Of a stretch of 64,000 bases of DNA, positions 11,816 to 22,691 are shown piece by piece. The DNA lies in NCBI GenBank assembly GCA_963783575.1, contig CAWAOD010000014.1, forward strand, positions 448,001-512,000. Reading direction: 5' to 3'. The position numbers were made by a program, and so were the translations under genes. This DNA is from an uncultured Spirochaetota bacterium. GTDB taxonomy: Bacteria > Spirochaetota > Brevinematia > Brevinematales > JAOACQ01. The notes beneath the pieces are model-generated. The model worked only from the letters and a program-made list of their open reading frames with translations, did not search any database and was not told the DNA's origin. Numbering within the stretch: the stretch's first letter is position 1; each line of letters starts with the position of its first letter.

Positions 11816-12376
11816 TTATGAATGTTTTATAACGACAGCTCTACTTAAAAATACTTTAGTCTTCTCGATAATAGCAAATCCGGTTTGTTTTATTAAATCG
11901 ACTGATTTCCGGAAATTGGTCTCCAAGACATGGAACTTTGGTTCAACAATTAAAATCTTTCCACCAGGTTTCAACAATATTTTTATTTCCTGCAGAAAAG
12001 ACAATTGATCCGGCACTTCATGCAGCATATAAAAAATCAGAATAAAATCAACTTTTTCTAATAAACCTATTTTATCATTTTGACATCTATTTAGTTTAAT
12101 TATTTTATCAAATTTGGTATTTTTTATTTTCCCTTTTAATATTTCAAGCATTCCTTCCTGCAAATCCGCGGCTATAACTTTTCCGGAATCACCTACAAGT
12201 TTTGCTATTTCTACCGTAAAATAGCCTGGTCCGCAGCCTAAATCAAGCACAGTCATCCCTTCCTTAATAAAAGGTTTAAGTATTTTTTTGGGATTTTGCA
12301 CCAGTTTACGAAGATTTATATCCAATGCCCCAGCATTCCCCACCGGGCATATCCTGTTTTTTATTTCAATTCCCAT
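11816..12376 (-). CDS. Class I SAM-dependent methyltransferase
   Basis: VLDLGCGPG motif I; LKPGG. Confidence 0.9.
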   Translation of the reverse strand: MGIEIKNRICPVGNAGALDINLRKLVQNPKKILKPFIKEGMTVLDLGCGPGYFTVEIAKLVGDSGKVIAADLQEGMLEILKGKIKNTKFDKIIKLNRCQNDKIGLLEKVDFILIFYMLHEVPDQLSFLQEIKILLKPGGKILIVEPKFHVLETNFRKSVDLIKQTGFAIIEKTKVFLSRAVVIKHS

Positions 12377-12542
12377 ATTATTATCCTCCGGATTTATTCG
12401 TTAATAATATTGACGAAAAAAATTTATTATTATTGCAAAATTCAATTAATATAGTTATGGAAATTGATACCTCCTGATTTGCATCTTAATAAATTTATAA
12501 TTATAATTAAATTATATACTTTTGGAGGTGATCTGTAAACAG

Positions 12543-14846
12543 ATGAAAAAAATATCTCTTTCATATTATTATAAATGGTGTTGGAACCAACGGCACATTT
12601 TCCTGTTTTTATTTTATATAATAATTTTAAATTCGATTTTAAATAATTCATTTACACAAACCTTATCATACGAACATATATTGAATGTGGGGACAGGTCT
12701 TGGTTATCCTCCCTATCAGTTTCTTAGAAATGGGGAAATTACCGGCTTTGATATTGATCTTGTTCGTGCTTTAGCTGAAGTTATGGGTTACACTGTAAGG
12801 ATTAAACCTCATAATCTGTCTTCTATTCAAGAAGATTTAAAAAACGGGAAATTTGATATATGGGCAGGAATATCTTATTCACCGGAAAGACAGGGAAAGT
12901 TTCTATTCTCGGAACCTATCTGTACTATTTCTTATGGTATCTTTGTCAAAAAAGGATCAGGGATTGTTTCTCATTATAATTTGACAAACCGTATTCTTGC
13001 TGTCCTAAGCGGCAGTTCTATGGCATTAGAGCTTGTGAAGTATACCAATTTTATAAATCTCATTTATGTCCAGGAGGATTTAAGCTCGCTTGTCCTCCTG
13101 AATTCTCTGCAGTGCGATGCGGCAGCTCTGGCTAAAATGACAGGCCTGTTTTATATCCATGAAATGAATCTGAATAAAATCGATCCGGTGGAAAAAGAAA
13201 TAGTTACCAGGGAGCAATGTTTAGCCCTGGATATCAGCAATAAGTCACTATTACTGAAAGTCAACGAAGGATTAAACATTCTGAAAGCCAACGGCAAATA
13301 TCAGAAAATTTATGATAAATGGTTCGGAATTTATGATAAACCGTTGTCCGAATTGACTCTAATTTACTTGATGATAGGACTTATTTCCGTCATAATCCTG
13401 TTATTGATAAGTGCCGGGTTTGTTTATATTCTGCGCCGTATGGTAAATGAAAGGACCGGAGCCCTCAGGGAAACCGAGGAACGTTACAGGAGTTTATTTG
13501 AGTCTATGACGGAAGGTGTAGCTGTTCATGAAATTTTGTATGATGAAAAAGGAAAAGAATTTGATTATAAAATCATCGATATAAACCCGGCATATACCGG
13601 GCATACCGGACTAAAAAAAGAGGATGTTATAGGCAGGCCTGCATCGGAATTATATGGAACAGGAACACCACCATATTTTGAAATATATATGAAAGTGATC
13701 GAGACCTCAAAGCCAGAAAAGTTTGAAGCTTATTTTGAACCTATGCGGAAATATTTCAATATATCCGCTTTTGCTCTGGTACAAAATCGATTTGTTACCG
13801 TTTTTGAAGATATTTCTAACAGAAAATTAAATGAAGAAAATCTGAAGCAGAAAACGCAGGAGTTGGAAACATTCTTTAATACAACTCTAGATTTGTTTTC
13901 AATAACCGGCACTGATGGAAAATTTAAAAGGGTGAATAAAGAATGGGAAAATATATTTGGATATTCAATCCCTGAATTGGAAGGGAACATATTTCTGGAT
14001 TATATTCATCCTGATGATATAGACCGAACCGTTGAGTCTTTAAATCAATTGAATTCTCAGGTCAAAGTCCTTGATTTTGTAAACCGCTACAGATGTAAAG
14101 ACGGCTCTTACCGTTGGCTTGAATGGAGGTCAAGCCCGCTTGGTAATTTTATATATTCAGCTGCTAGAGACATAACAGAAAGGATTCATAATGAAAATAC
14201 CAATCGCAAAGCTCTTATTGAAAAAGAAACATTATTAAGGGAATTATACCACCGGACAAAAAATAATATGCAGGTAATCTGCTCAATGCTTAACCTGGAA
14301 ACTAACCGGATTAATGATCTTGACTTGAAAAATGTATTGATAGAACTGGGAAATAAAATCCGGTCCATGGCCCTGGTTCATGAAAAACTTTATAAATCCA
14401 AGAATCTTTCAAGCATCAATTTGAAAGAATATATATATGAACTTACCAATCTGCTTATAACAAGCTTTCAGATTTCTTCAGAAAGAGTAAACCTGGATTT
14501 CGATATGGATGATATTTTTGTTGTTATCGATATAGCTAATCCTTTAAGCCTTGTATTGAATGAATTAATCACTAATGCTTTTAAATATGCTTTTCCGGGT
14601 GAAAGTAACGGAACATTAAAAATATCCCTTCACAGAATACCTGACAGCAGAATTCAAATAATCATAATGGACAATGGCATTGGCATAGCAAATGAATTTG
14701 ATTTTATTAAGGACGGAAAGATGGGAATCAAAAGCGTATATTCCATAGTGGAAGATCAGCTTCGCGGCAAAGTTTTCTTTGAGAATAAAAATGGTATTAC
14801 CTGCACTATAATATTTAACAGTGACTTATATGAAAAAAGGATATAA
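12543..14846 (+). CDS. Sensor histidine kinase: solute-binding (family 3) domain + 2 PAS + HisKA_2/HATPase
   Basis: YPPYQF..GFDIDL, TM segment, PAS (IHPDD), ELYHRTKNNMQ, NELITNAFKYA, DNGIG. Confidence 0.9.
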   Translation: MKKISLSYYYKWCWNQRHIFLFLFYIIILNSILNNSFTQTLSYEHILNVGTGLGYPPYQFLRNGEITGFDIDLVRALAEVMGYTVRIKPHNLSSIQEDLKNGKFDIWAGISYSPERQGKFLFSEPICTISYGIFVKKGSGIVSHYNLTNRILAVLSGSSMALELVKYTNFINLIYVQEDLSSLVLLNSLQCDAAALAKMTGLFYIHEMNLNKIDPVEKEIVTREQCLALDISNKSLLLKVNEGLNILKANGKYQKIYDKWFGIYDKPLSELTLIYLMIGLISVIILLLISAGFVYILRRMVNERTGALRETEERYRSLFESMTEGVAVHEILYDEKGKEFDYKIIDINPAYTGHTGLKKEDVIGRPASELYGTGTPPYFEIYMKVIETSKPEKFEAYFEPMRKYFNISAFALVQNRFVTVFEDISNRKLNEENLKQKTQELETFFNTTLDLFSITGTDGKFKRVNKEWENIFGYSIPELEGNIFLDYIHPDDIDRTVESLNQLNSQVKVLDFVNRYRCKDGSYRWLEWRSSPLGNFIYSAARDITERIHNENTNRKALIEKETLLRELYHRTKNNMQVICSMLNLETNRINDLDLKNVLIELGNKIRSMALVHEKLYKSKNLSSINLKEYIYELTNLLITSFQISSERVNLDFDMDDIFVVIDIANPLSLVLNELITNAFKYAFPGESNGTLKISLHRIPDSRIQIIIMDNGIGIANEFDFIKDGKMGIKSVYSIVEDQLRGKVFFENKNGITCTIIFNSDLYEKRI

Positions 14847-14966
14847 ATGATGAGCATAATGCCTGTCTTAAGCCGCTCATAAAATAAATGATATTTTTTA
14901 TGGTTTACTATAAAATAATGTCACCTATAGTAATTTTTGAATAAATAATTATAAAGCAGGGTTGTA

Positions 14967-15920
14967 ATGATCATCCGCAAAGCAATTCCCAACGACTTCC
15001 CTAGGCTTATTGAATTAAGCCGGGGCTTTACAATGTCACCATATGCTTTCGACAAAAGATTGGCTAAAATATGCCCCAATATTTATCCGGCTTTTGCCAG
15101 CGATATGATTCATAATGTCAATTCCATTTCGATTGTTGCCGAAGACACTAACATTAAAGGATATATTACAGTTTCAATAAATAATGCCCTTTCATCGGCT
15201 GCCGGAAAAAAGATTGGCAGTATTTTGTTACTTGCCGTTGAACCGGTAAGCCGCAGTAAGGGTATAGGGAAAATACTTGCTCAGAAAGGCGTTGCATTAC
15301 TCTTAACAATGGGTGCCGAAATAATAACCGTCGGCACAGATATTTATAATTATTCCGCAATTCACATCTACGAATCTTGCAATTTTAAGTTTAAAATGGG
15401 ATGGCATATCTTCCGCTATTTCCCTGAATTTGGAATTAATAAAAAACATGTCCTTGATAATATTGATGTTTACCATACCCAAAGCCTAGATGAATTTTGT
15501 AAAAATTTTTCCAGGCCGGTTTCTCTTTTAAAAGAAAAAAATATCGAAACCGGAAGGCTAAAAGAGTATTTGACAGAAAACTTTAAAAAATCGATCATAA
15601 ACGGAACTACAACGGCTCTTCAATATTTTAACCGGAATAAACCGGTCGGTATGATCACTATTGCAAAGGATGAAATTGGGCAAAAAACTTTACAGACAAA
15701 TAAATCCGTTTACAAAATACTTGACCTGATTGTTTTAAATGATTCCAGTGGTGAAAATACAGAAAAAAAGCTCCTTCAGGATATCACTTCAAGAATATTT
15801 GATTATTGCCTGATGGAATTCTGGGTGGATGCTGAAAACGCATCATTGATACAGACATTAGAAAGCTCAGGTTTTCGTTTGTCTTACACAGGCCTTTCTT
15901 ATCATCTTGTTCGCAAATAA
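14967..15920 (+). CDS. Tandem GNAT-family N-acetyltransferase
   Basis: LAVEP.SRSKGIG acetyl-CoA motif, N..AIHIYE..NF; degenerate second domain. Confidence 0.75.
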   Translation: MIIRKAIPNDFPRLIELSRGFTMSPYAFDKRLAKICPNIYPAFASDMIHNVNSISIVAEDTNIKGYITVSINNALSSAAGKKIGSILLLAVEPVSRSKGIGKILAQKGVALLLTMGAEIITVGTDIYNYSAIHIYESCNFKFKMGWHIFRYFPEFGINKKHVLDNIDVYHTQSLDEFCKNFSRPVSLLKEKNIETGRLKEYLTENFKKSIINGTTTALQYFNRNKPVGMITIAKDEIGQKTLQTNKSVYKILDLIVLNDSSGENTEKKLLQDITSRIFDYCLMEFWVDAENASLIQTLESSGFRLSYTGLSYHLVRK

Positions 15921-15930
15921 GTTTAATTTA

Positions 15931-16320
15931 TTATTTTTTGATAAATTCGATCCGTCTTACCCTCAACGCTGACCAGTTATCATCTATAGACACCAGAGTC
16001 ACAGCCTCAAATCCTGAAGGCCTAACCATTTCACGCAGCCTGTCACGGTTAAGGTCTGACTTATACTTTTTTGACCCGCCTTTCGGGTAGCAAAGCCATA
16101 AATGGCCGTCTCCTTCCAGAGCCATTATGGCCGATTCGAAGAATTGATTAAAATCCACGATGTTTGCCAGGAATAATTGTATGAATGAATAACCTGTTTT
16201 TATTGAGGAATGTACCTCTGACTGAATTTCTTTTATTGCCGGCTGAAATTCTTCAGGCGAATTAATGATTAAAACAGGATTTTGATTCTTCAAGCCTAGT
16301 TTTTTAAGAATCGGGTTCAT
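15931..16320 (-). CDS. Conserved hypothetical protein (DUF3052-like)
   Basis: LWLCYPKGGSK...DLNRD, VSIDDNWSALRVR. Confidence 0.7.
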   Translation of the reverse strand: MNPILKKLGLKNQNPVLIINSPEEFQPAIKEIQSEVHSSIKTGYSFIQLFLANIVDFNQFFESAIMALEGDGHLWLCYPKGGSKKYKSDLNRDRLREMVRPSGFEAVTLVSIDDNWSALRVRRIEFIKK

Positions 16321-16483
16321 AATATCCCCCCTAATTAAATAACGTATAGTTAATTATAAAAGCGATTCTTGACTTTATCAATGGAAATTGATTAAATTAA
16401 TTTATAAAAAATCGACAATTGATTTTAAAAATATTATAATATAATGGTTTACAATTGTTAATTATAAAAAGGAGGAATTTTAC

Positions 16484-18433
16484 ATGCCAGGCGAGACCGA
16501 AACATTTCAATTCCAGGCGGAAAGCAGACAGCTTCTCGACCTGATGATCCATTCCATTTACACCAATAAGGAAATATTCCTTCGCGAACTGATATCCAAC
16601 GCATCGGATGCGCTTGACAAGATCCGCATCGAATCAATCACAAACCCGAACCTGATCAATCCCGGAGAAAATCTTGAAATCCGGCTGGAATCAGATAAAA
16701 ACGCCAGGACACTTTCGATTATCGACAATGGTATCGGTATGAACAGGGATGAATTGATCAACCATATCGGCACAATCGCCCGTTCCGGAACGCAGGAATT
16801 CATTAACAAACTCAAAGAGAACAAATCACAGGAAACTCTTAACGAGATGATAGGCCAATTCGGTGTAGGTTTTTATTCGGCGTTCATGGCCGCGGATAAA
16901 ATAATACTGCTGACAAGAAAGGCCGGTGAAGAAGAGGCTTACCGGTGGGAATCCTCGGGAGACGGGCAATATACAATAATTGAGGAAGAAAAACCTAATC
17001 ATGGAACAACTGTGATTTTGCATTTAAAACCTGTCGACCAGGAAAACGGAATTGAAGATTTCAGCGAATCTTATGTTATTTCAAGAATAGTAAAACATTA
17101 TTCGGATTTTATAAACTATCCGATCATAATGAAAGAGGAAAGAGAGGAAATAGAAAAAGATAAAGACGGAAAACCTGTAAAAGACGGAAAAAAGACAACA
17201 GTAATAGAGGATAAAACCTTAAATTCTATGAAACCTATCTGGTCGAGATCCCAATCGGAAGTTCCTGCCGAAGAATACAATGATTTTTATAAACACATCA
17301 CGCATGACTGGACTGAACCGCTCAAAACCATACCTTTTAAGGCTGAAGGAACGCTGGAGTTCTATTCCATTTTGTTTATTCCATCAAAAGCTCCTTTTGA
17401 TTTCTATTATCAAGGATATAAAAGCGGCTTACAGCTTTATGTCAAAAAGGTAATGATTATGGAGGCTTTTGAAGACCTTCTTCCGAAATATCTCCGATTT
17501 ATGAGGGGCGTTGTGGAATCTTCCGACCTGTCGCTGAACATTTCAAGGGAAATGCTTCAGAAGGACCGCCAGGTGAATCAGATGAAAAAGAGCCTGACCA
17601 AAAAAGTCCTTGACAGCCTGACCGACCTGTTTGCTAATGATAAGGAAACTTACCTTAAATTCTGGAAAGAGTTCGGCGATGCCCTGAAAGAAGGAGTTAC
17701 ATCGGATTTTGAAAACCGCGACAAGCTTATGGGGCTTCTGCTTTTCGATTCATCTAATGATCCGGAAAAACTGACATCATTGGAAGATTATGTAAGCCGT
17801 ATGAAGGACGGACAGGAAGAAATATATTATTTATCGGGCGAGACTCGTAATATTGTTGAAAATTCACCTCACCTGGAAGCCATAAAACAGAAAGGTTATG
17901 AAGTTATCTTTCTGCTTAGGCCGATAGATGAAATAGTCGTTCAGTATATCCCGGATTTCAAGGGTAAAAAACTTAAGTCCGCTGCAAAAGGTACTTTTGA
18001 TGCCGGAAGCAAGGAAGAAAATGAAAAAGCTGAAAAAGAAATCAAGGAAAAAGAAACCGAATACGGTGATTTTATGAAGTTTATTAAGGAGAAACTTGAT
18101 CAATCGGTTAAGGATGTCAGGCTTACAAACCGTCTGGTTTCAGCTCCCGCCTGTCTTGTCGGTGAGGATTTCGATATGAGTCCTTATCTTGAGAAACTCC
18201 TCCAGAAAGAAAATTCGAGTAAGACTGTTACAAAAAGAGTTCTTGAACTCAATCCAAAGCATGATATCATAATAAAGATGAATGAGAAATACAGGCAGGA
18301 CAAAGACAACCCAATTTTAAAGGATTATGCAGAACTTCTGCTGGGTTATGCAACATTATCGGAAGGGGGTGTTTTACAGGATCCAATAAAGTTTAACAAG
18401 CTGGTAATCGATCTTATGGATAAAGGTCTATAA
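16484..18433 (+). CDS. htpG: Molecular chaperone HtpG (Hsp90)
   Basis: IFLRELISNASDALDK, DNGIGM, IGQFGVGFYSAF, LNISREMLQ. Confidence 0.97.
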   Translation: MPGETETFQFQAESRQLLDLMIHSIYTNKEIFLRELISNASDALDKIRIESITNPNLINPGENLEIRLESDKNARTLSIIDNGIGMNRDELINHIGTIARSGTQEFINKLKENKSQETLNEMIGQFGVGFYSAFMAADKIILLTRKAGEEEAYRWESSGDGQYTIIEEEKPNHGTTVILHLKPVDQENGIEDFSESYVISRIVKHYSDFINYPIIMKEEREEIEKDKDGKPVKDGKKTTVIEDKTLNSMKPIWSRSQSEVPAEEYNDFYKHITHDWTEPLKTIPFKAEGTLEFYSILFIPSKAPFDFYYQGYKSGLQLYVKKVMIMEAFEDLLPKYLRFMRGVVESSDLSLNISREMLQKDRQVNQMKKSLTKKVLDSLTDLFANDKETYLKFWKEFGDALKEGVTSDFENRDKLMGLLLFDSSNDPEKLTSLEDYVSRMKDGQEEIYYLSGETRNIVENSPHLEAIKQKGYEVIFLLRPIDEIVVQYIPDFKGKKLKSAAKGTFDAGSKEENEKAEKEIKEKETEYGDFMKFIKEKLDQSVKDVRLTNRLVSAPACLVGEDFDMSPYLEKLLQKENSSKTVTKRVLELNPKHDIIIKMNEKYRQDKDNPILKDYAELLLGYATLSEGGVLQDPIKFNKLVIDLMDKGL

Positions 18434-18456
18434 TCTAAGCTATTTTCAGGAATAAT

Positions 18457-18485
18457 TTGACAGAATATCCAATATTCATTAAAAT
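18457..18485 (+). promoter_or_regulatory. sigma70 promoter upstream of tRNA-Pro
   Basis: TTGACA-N17-TAAAAT. Confidence 0.7.
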
Positions 18486-18551
18486 ATACTACCCTGAGGC
18501 GGGGCGATTGTTAATCAAACGCCGCCGGATTTCTCAGGGTATTTTTATAAT

Positions 18552-18626
18552 CGGGCTGTAGCGCAGTTTGGCTAGCGCGCTTGGTTCGGGACCAAGAAGC
18601 CGAGGGTTCAAATCCCTCCAGCCCGA
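18552..18626 (+). tRNA. tRNA-Pro (anticodon CGG), CCA not encoded
   Basis: Acceptor CGGGCTG/CAGCCCG, anticodon arm CTTGG-TTCGGGA-CCAAG, T-arm GAGGG-TTCAAAT-CCCTC. Confidence 0.95.
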
Positions 18627-18659
18627 AGTTTAAAAAATCCGCTCTTCGGAGAAGTTTCT

Positions 18660-19631
18660 ATGCCCTTCATTGAAATGCCACTGGAATCATTGCAAGCCTA
18701 TCTGCCAGCCGGTACAGAAAATAAGGATTTTGACGAATTCTGGGAAAAAACGCTGACAGAATCACGGTCTTTCGGATTAAATCCGGTTTTTTATCCGGTC
18801 GATTCCCTGCTGAAAACAATTGAAACATATGATGTAACTTTCTCCGGATTTAACGGACAGCCGATAAAAGGCTGGCTGATGTTGCCTAAAGTTCGCAATG
18901 GAAAGCTCCCATGCGTTGTGGAGTTTGTCGGATACGGCGGCGGAAGGGGATTTCCAATCGACTGGCTTCTATGGAGCAGCGCCGGTTATGCCCATTTTGT
19001 TATGGATACCCGTGGTGAAGGCAGTACCTGGCTTTGCGGCGATACAACCGATATTGAAGGACCGGATTCCAATCCCCAGTTTCCAGGTTTTATGACCCGC
19101 GGTATTCTCAAACCGGAAACATATTTTTACCGCAGGGTTTTTACCGACGCGGTTCGCGCTGTGGAAGCTGCAAAATCATTCCCGGAAATCGATTCCGGAA
19201 GAATCGCCGTAACCGGTGGAAGCCAGGGCGGCGGAATCTCGATTGCAGTCAGCGGACTTGTACCCGGTATTGCTGTGGTTATGCCCGATGTGCCGTTTCT
19301 CTGCCATTTCAGAAGGGCGCTTGATATGACAAATCAAATGCCGTATGGAGAAATTATTCGTTTTCTTAGCATTCACAGGGATAAAATAAATATGGTTTTT
19401 AACACTCTATCCTATTTTGACGGTATGAACTTAGCGGCAAGAGCAAAATGTAGGGCACTCTTTTCTGTGGCCATGATGGATGATACATGTCCTCCTTCAA
19501 CTGTTTTTGCGGCTTACAACCGATACGCAGGCCCAAAAGACATCAAAATCTATCAATACAACAATCATGAAGGCGGGGCTTCTTATCAGAATATTGAAAA
19601 GATGAAATTTTTAAAGCATTTATGGGGATAG
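18660..19631 (+). CDS. Acetylxylan esterase / cephalosporin-C deacetylase (CE7)
   Basis: DFDEFW, MDTRGEG, GGSQGG nucleophile, D.TCPPST, HE. Confidence 0.92.
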   Translation: MPFIEMPLESLQAYLPAGTENKDFDEFWEKTLTESRSFGLNPVFYPVDSLLKTIETYDVTFSGFNGQPIKGWLMLPKVRNGKLPCVVEFVGYGGGRGFPIDWLLWSSAGYAHFVMDTRGEGSTWLCGDTTDIEGPDSNPQFPGFMTRGILKPETYFYRRVFTDAVRAVEAAKSFPEIDSGRIAVTGGSQGGGISIAVSGLVPGIAVVMPDVPFLCHFRRALDMTNQMPYGEIIRFLSIHRDKINMVFNTLSYFDGMNLAARAKCRALFSVAMMDDTCPPSTVFAAYNRYAGPKDIKIYQYNNHEGGASYQNIEKMKFLKHLWG

Positions 19632-19639
19632 AAAAATAA

Positions 19640-20104
19640 ATGAATCGTATTTTATCGGAAAGATTGAATCAAGTCAATGAGGGATATTTTCAATTTAATG
19701 AATTACCTCCCATAAAATGGAGTAAGGGTGTTATCAAGAAAAAATACAGGAAGTTAACATTCGGCACATATGATATCAAAAATAATCAAATCAGGATTCA
19801 TCCGATTTTGAAAAATGAGAAAATACCGGTATTTGTGCTGGATTTTGTGATTTACCATGAAATGCTTCATTATGAGGACCGGAAAGATCTCAAAACTAAG
19901 AAAAAAATATTAATTCCTGTTATTTCATTTAAAAAGCAGCTAAGCCGGCCGATCAGATACGTTAGAAAGAAAAATTATATTCATACTTCGGAATTTCATA
20001 ACCGTGAAAAAGAATTTCCCAGGAAAATCGAGGCCGGTAAGATAATGCGTGAAATTGTGCATGGCAAGTATGATTTTGAAATTTCTGAAAAAACATTATT
20101 TTAA
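19640..20104 (+). CDS. SprT/YgjP-like zinc metalloprotein
   Basis: IRIHPIL, VIYHEMLH (HExxH), HTSEF. Confidence 0.7.
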   Translation: MNRILSERLNQVNEGYFQFNELPPIKWSKGVIKKKYRKLTFGTYDIKNNQIRIHPILKNEKIPVFVLDFVIYHEMLHYEDRKDLKTKKKILIPVISFKKQLSRPIRYVRKKNYIHTSEFHNREKEFPRKIEAGKIMREIVHGKYDFEISEKTLF

Positions 20105-20174
20105 TCAAATCTGTACTATAACATTTCAAGAAAATATATATCACGTTTATAGGCATTTTGGAATTGAATTCGGA

Positions 20175-22490
20175 TCAAGCGTCATGCTTATTGATTTCTA
20201 TATGAACTTCATCTTCCTTAATATCCGCTACTGCGGTCCCGCCTTTAGCCAATTTTCCAAACAAGACCTCATCGACAAAGAAATTTTTAACCTTGTCCTG
20301 GATAAGTCTTGCAATTTCCCTTGCTCCGAAAACTTTTGAAAAACCTTTATCAGCAAGCCATTTGAGGCATGAATCTGTAACCTGTAATTGGATTTTTTTA
20401 GATTTAAGCTGATCCTGGAATTCTCCGACCTGTTTTTTTACAATTTTCAGGATTATGCCCTCGTTGAGATTATTGAATGTTATTATTCCATCAAGCCGGT
20501 TCCTGAATTCGGGAGAAAAAAGTGTTTCAAGCGCTTTAGCTGCAGTTTTGGATTTATCATCCGATTCGTCATTCTGCAGCCCGAAACCCAGGCTGCCTTT
20601 CTCCATTTCCCTGGCACCCGCGTTTGAAGTCATTATTATTATTACATGCCGGAAATCCGCCTTTTTACCGCTGCCGTCGGTTAGTGTAGCATAATCCATC
20701 ACCTGAAGCAAAGTATTGAAAATATCAGGGTGGGCCTTTTCTATTTCATCCAGAAGAAGTACCGAGTATGGTGCCCGGCGAATCGCCTCCGTTAAAAGCC
20801 CTCCCTCCTCAAAACCGACATACCCCGGAGGAGCTCCAATCAAGCGTGCTACGGTATGCTTTTCCAGGTACTCGCTCATATCAAAGCGGTTGAGAGACAG
20901 GCTTAATATTGATGCAAGCTGTTTGACTAATTCTGTCTTTCCCACACCAGTAGGCCCGATAAATAAAAATGATGCCGTCGGTTTATTTGCATCGCGGAAA
21001 CCCGCTCTCGAACGTTTAATGGCATCGGTAACCCTGCGAACCGCTTCATCCTGTCCGAAAATGTTTTCAAGCAGCCCATTCTCAAGGTTCTTCAACTGTT
21101 GAAGCTCTGTTGTTGAAAGGTTTTTCTCAGGTATCCTTGCTATTCTGGAAACAATCTTCTCAACATCATGCTGTCTGATAACAGCTTTTTTGGTCTCGCC
21201 TTTCTTCCTGTGCATCCTGGAAAATGCCCCTGCCTCATCTATTACATCGATTGCCTTATCCGGCAGGTGCCTCTCGTTAATATATTTCGCGGATAATTCC
21301 ACTGCCGATTTCAGGGCGGCTTCGGAATAGCTTACCTGATGAAATTCTTCATATTTAGGCTTCAAACCAATGAGAATTTTATAGGTCTCATTTTCAGTAG
21401 GTTCCGGAATCTCAATTTTCTGGAAACGTCTGGAAAGTGCCCTATCTTTTTCAAAATATTTTTTATATTCCTCAAAAGTTGTTGAACCGATGCACCTGAT
21501 TTTACCTCCGGCTAGAGCCGGTTTTAAAATATTCGATGCGTCCATCGAACCGCCTGAAACCGCTCCGGCACCAACAATCGTATGAATTTCGTCGATGAAA
21601 AGTATTACATTGTCCAGTTTTTTTAGCTCATTTATCACTTTTTTCAATCTCTCCTCAAAATCGCCTCGGAACCTTGTCCCCGCAAGAAGAGATCCCATAT
21701 CAAGCGAATATATTCCGGCTCCCTTTAACGGATCCGGTACCTTACCCTCTGCCACAAGAGCTGCAAGGCCTTCGGTTATTGCGGTCTTCCCGACTCCGGG
21801 TTCACCGACATAAATCGGGTTATTTTTAAATCTTCTGCAGAGAACCTGCATTGTCCTTTCAAGAATTTCCTCCCTGCCGATCAGAGGCTCGATATCTCCG
21901 TTCCTTGCTTTTTCAACAAGCTCTGTTGTAAACAGAGACAATGCGCTGTTTTTACTGCTTTTATTATTCTGCGCATATTCTGCTTCATCCTCATCTTCAG
22001 GAATCTGATCTTTACTCTGCCTGTTCTCTATAGTTGAAGGAAGAATTGCCCCATCATCGGGAATAACAGAAATTCCATGAGATATATAATTTAAAAGATC
22101 CAGTTTTGTTATTCCCTGATTTGTTATAAAAAAAGCTGCAAATGAATCTTTTTCATCCATTATCGCGATATAAATATCGCCTATATTCAATTCTTTTTTC
22201 CTCGGATCGCTCACTGCGAACAGCGCCCTTGTCAAAACCTCCTGCAACCCGATTGATTCGGATGGTTCCGAACCTTCTCTCACCGGCTGGTAATACTGCT
22301 TAAAATAATCATCAAGAGAGCGCTTCATAGCTTCTATATCAGCACCGCAGTGATAAAGAATTTCAGCCCCGTAATCAAAAAAAAGCGAAGCATAAAGAAG
22401 ATGTTCCGGCGTAAAATATTCATGTTTTCTTGCTTTAGCCTCATTGTAAGCCGCCAGGATGATCCTGTTCAGCTCCTCATTTATATCCAT
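20175..22490 (-). CDS. clpA: ATP-dependent Clp protease ATP-binding subunit ClpA
   Basis: Clp N-domain, two AAA+ modules (GEPGVGKT, GPTGVGKT), RLIGAPPGYVG, no ClpB middle domain. Confidence 0.93.
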   Translation of the reverse strand: MDINEELNRIILAAYNEAKARKHEYFTPEHLLYASLFFDYGAEILYHCGADIEAMKRSLDDYFKQYYQPVREGSEPSESIGLQEVLTRALFAVSDPRKKELNIGDIYIAIMDEKDSFAAFFITNQGITKLDLLNYISHGISVIPDDGAILPSTIENRQSKDQIPEDEDEAEYAQNNKSSKNSALSLFTTELVEKARNGDIEPLIGREEILERTMQVLCRRFKNNPIYVGEPGVGKTAITEGLAALVAEGKVPDPLKGAGIYSLDMGSLLAGTRFRGDFEERLKKVINELKKLDNVILFIDEIHTIVGAGAVSGGSMDASNILKPALAGGKIRCIGSTTFEEYKKYFEKDRALSRRFQKIEIPEPTENETYKILIGLKPKYEEFHQVSYSEAALKSAVELSAKYINERHLPDKAIDVIDEAGAFSRMHRKKGETKKAVIRQHDVEKIVSRIARIPEKNLSTTELQQLKNLENGLLENIFGQDEAVRRVTDAIKRSRAGFRDANKPTASFLFIGPTGVGKTELVKQLASILSLSLNRFDMSEYLEKHTVARLIGAPPGYVGFEEGGLLTEAIRRAPYSVLLLDEIEKAHPDIFNTLLQVMDYATLTDGSGKKADFRHVIIIMTSNAGAREMEKGSLGFGLQNDESDDKSKTAAKALETLFSPEFRNRLDGIITFNNLNEGIILKIVKKQVGEFQDQLKSKKIQLQVTDSCLKWLADKGFSKVFGAREIARLIQDKVKNFFVDEVLFGKLAKGGTAVADIKEDEVHIEINKHDA

Positions 22491-22514
22491 AAAACCTGCC
22501 GTATTTTATAAATT

Positions 22515-22691
22515 TTATTCATCCGTTTCAGGATGATTTTTAATATTTTTTAATTTTTCTTTTATTTCTTTTCTGTTATTTTTTTCTTTATAATCATGTA
22601 TCTTAGGTTTCCGGTTTAATATCATATACTTGATTAATTCCTTATCCTGGTGGTTGTCATCGGAAGTTATTATTATTTTTTCTTTTTTCAT
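22515..22691 (-). CDS. Small basic hypothetical protein (58 aa) directly upstream of clpA
   Basis: Manual ORF MKKEKIIITSDDNHQDKELIKYMILNRKPKIHDYK..., GAGG RBS and TTGACA-N17-TATTAT upstream. Confidence 0.45.
   Translation of the reverse strand: MKKEKIIITSDDNHQDKELIKYMILNRKPKIHDYKEKNNRKEIKEKLKNIKNHPETDE

Noticed and set aside
16321..16483. CIRCE heat-shock operator before htpG
   Set aside because: No TTAGCACTC-N9-GAGTGCTAA present
18552..20104. tRNA-Pro as a genomic-island attachment site
   Set aside because: No integrase and no duplicated tRNA 3' end seen in the window
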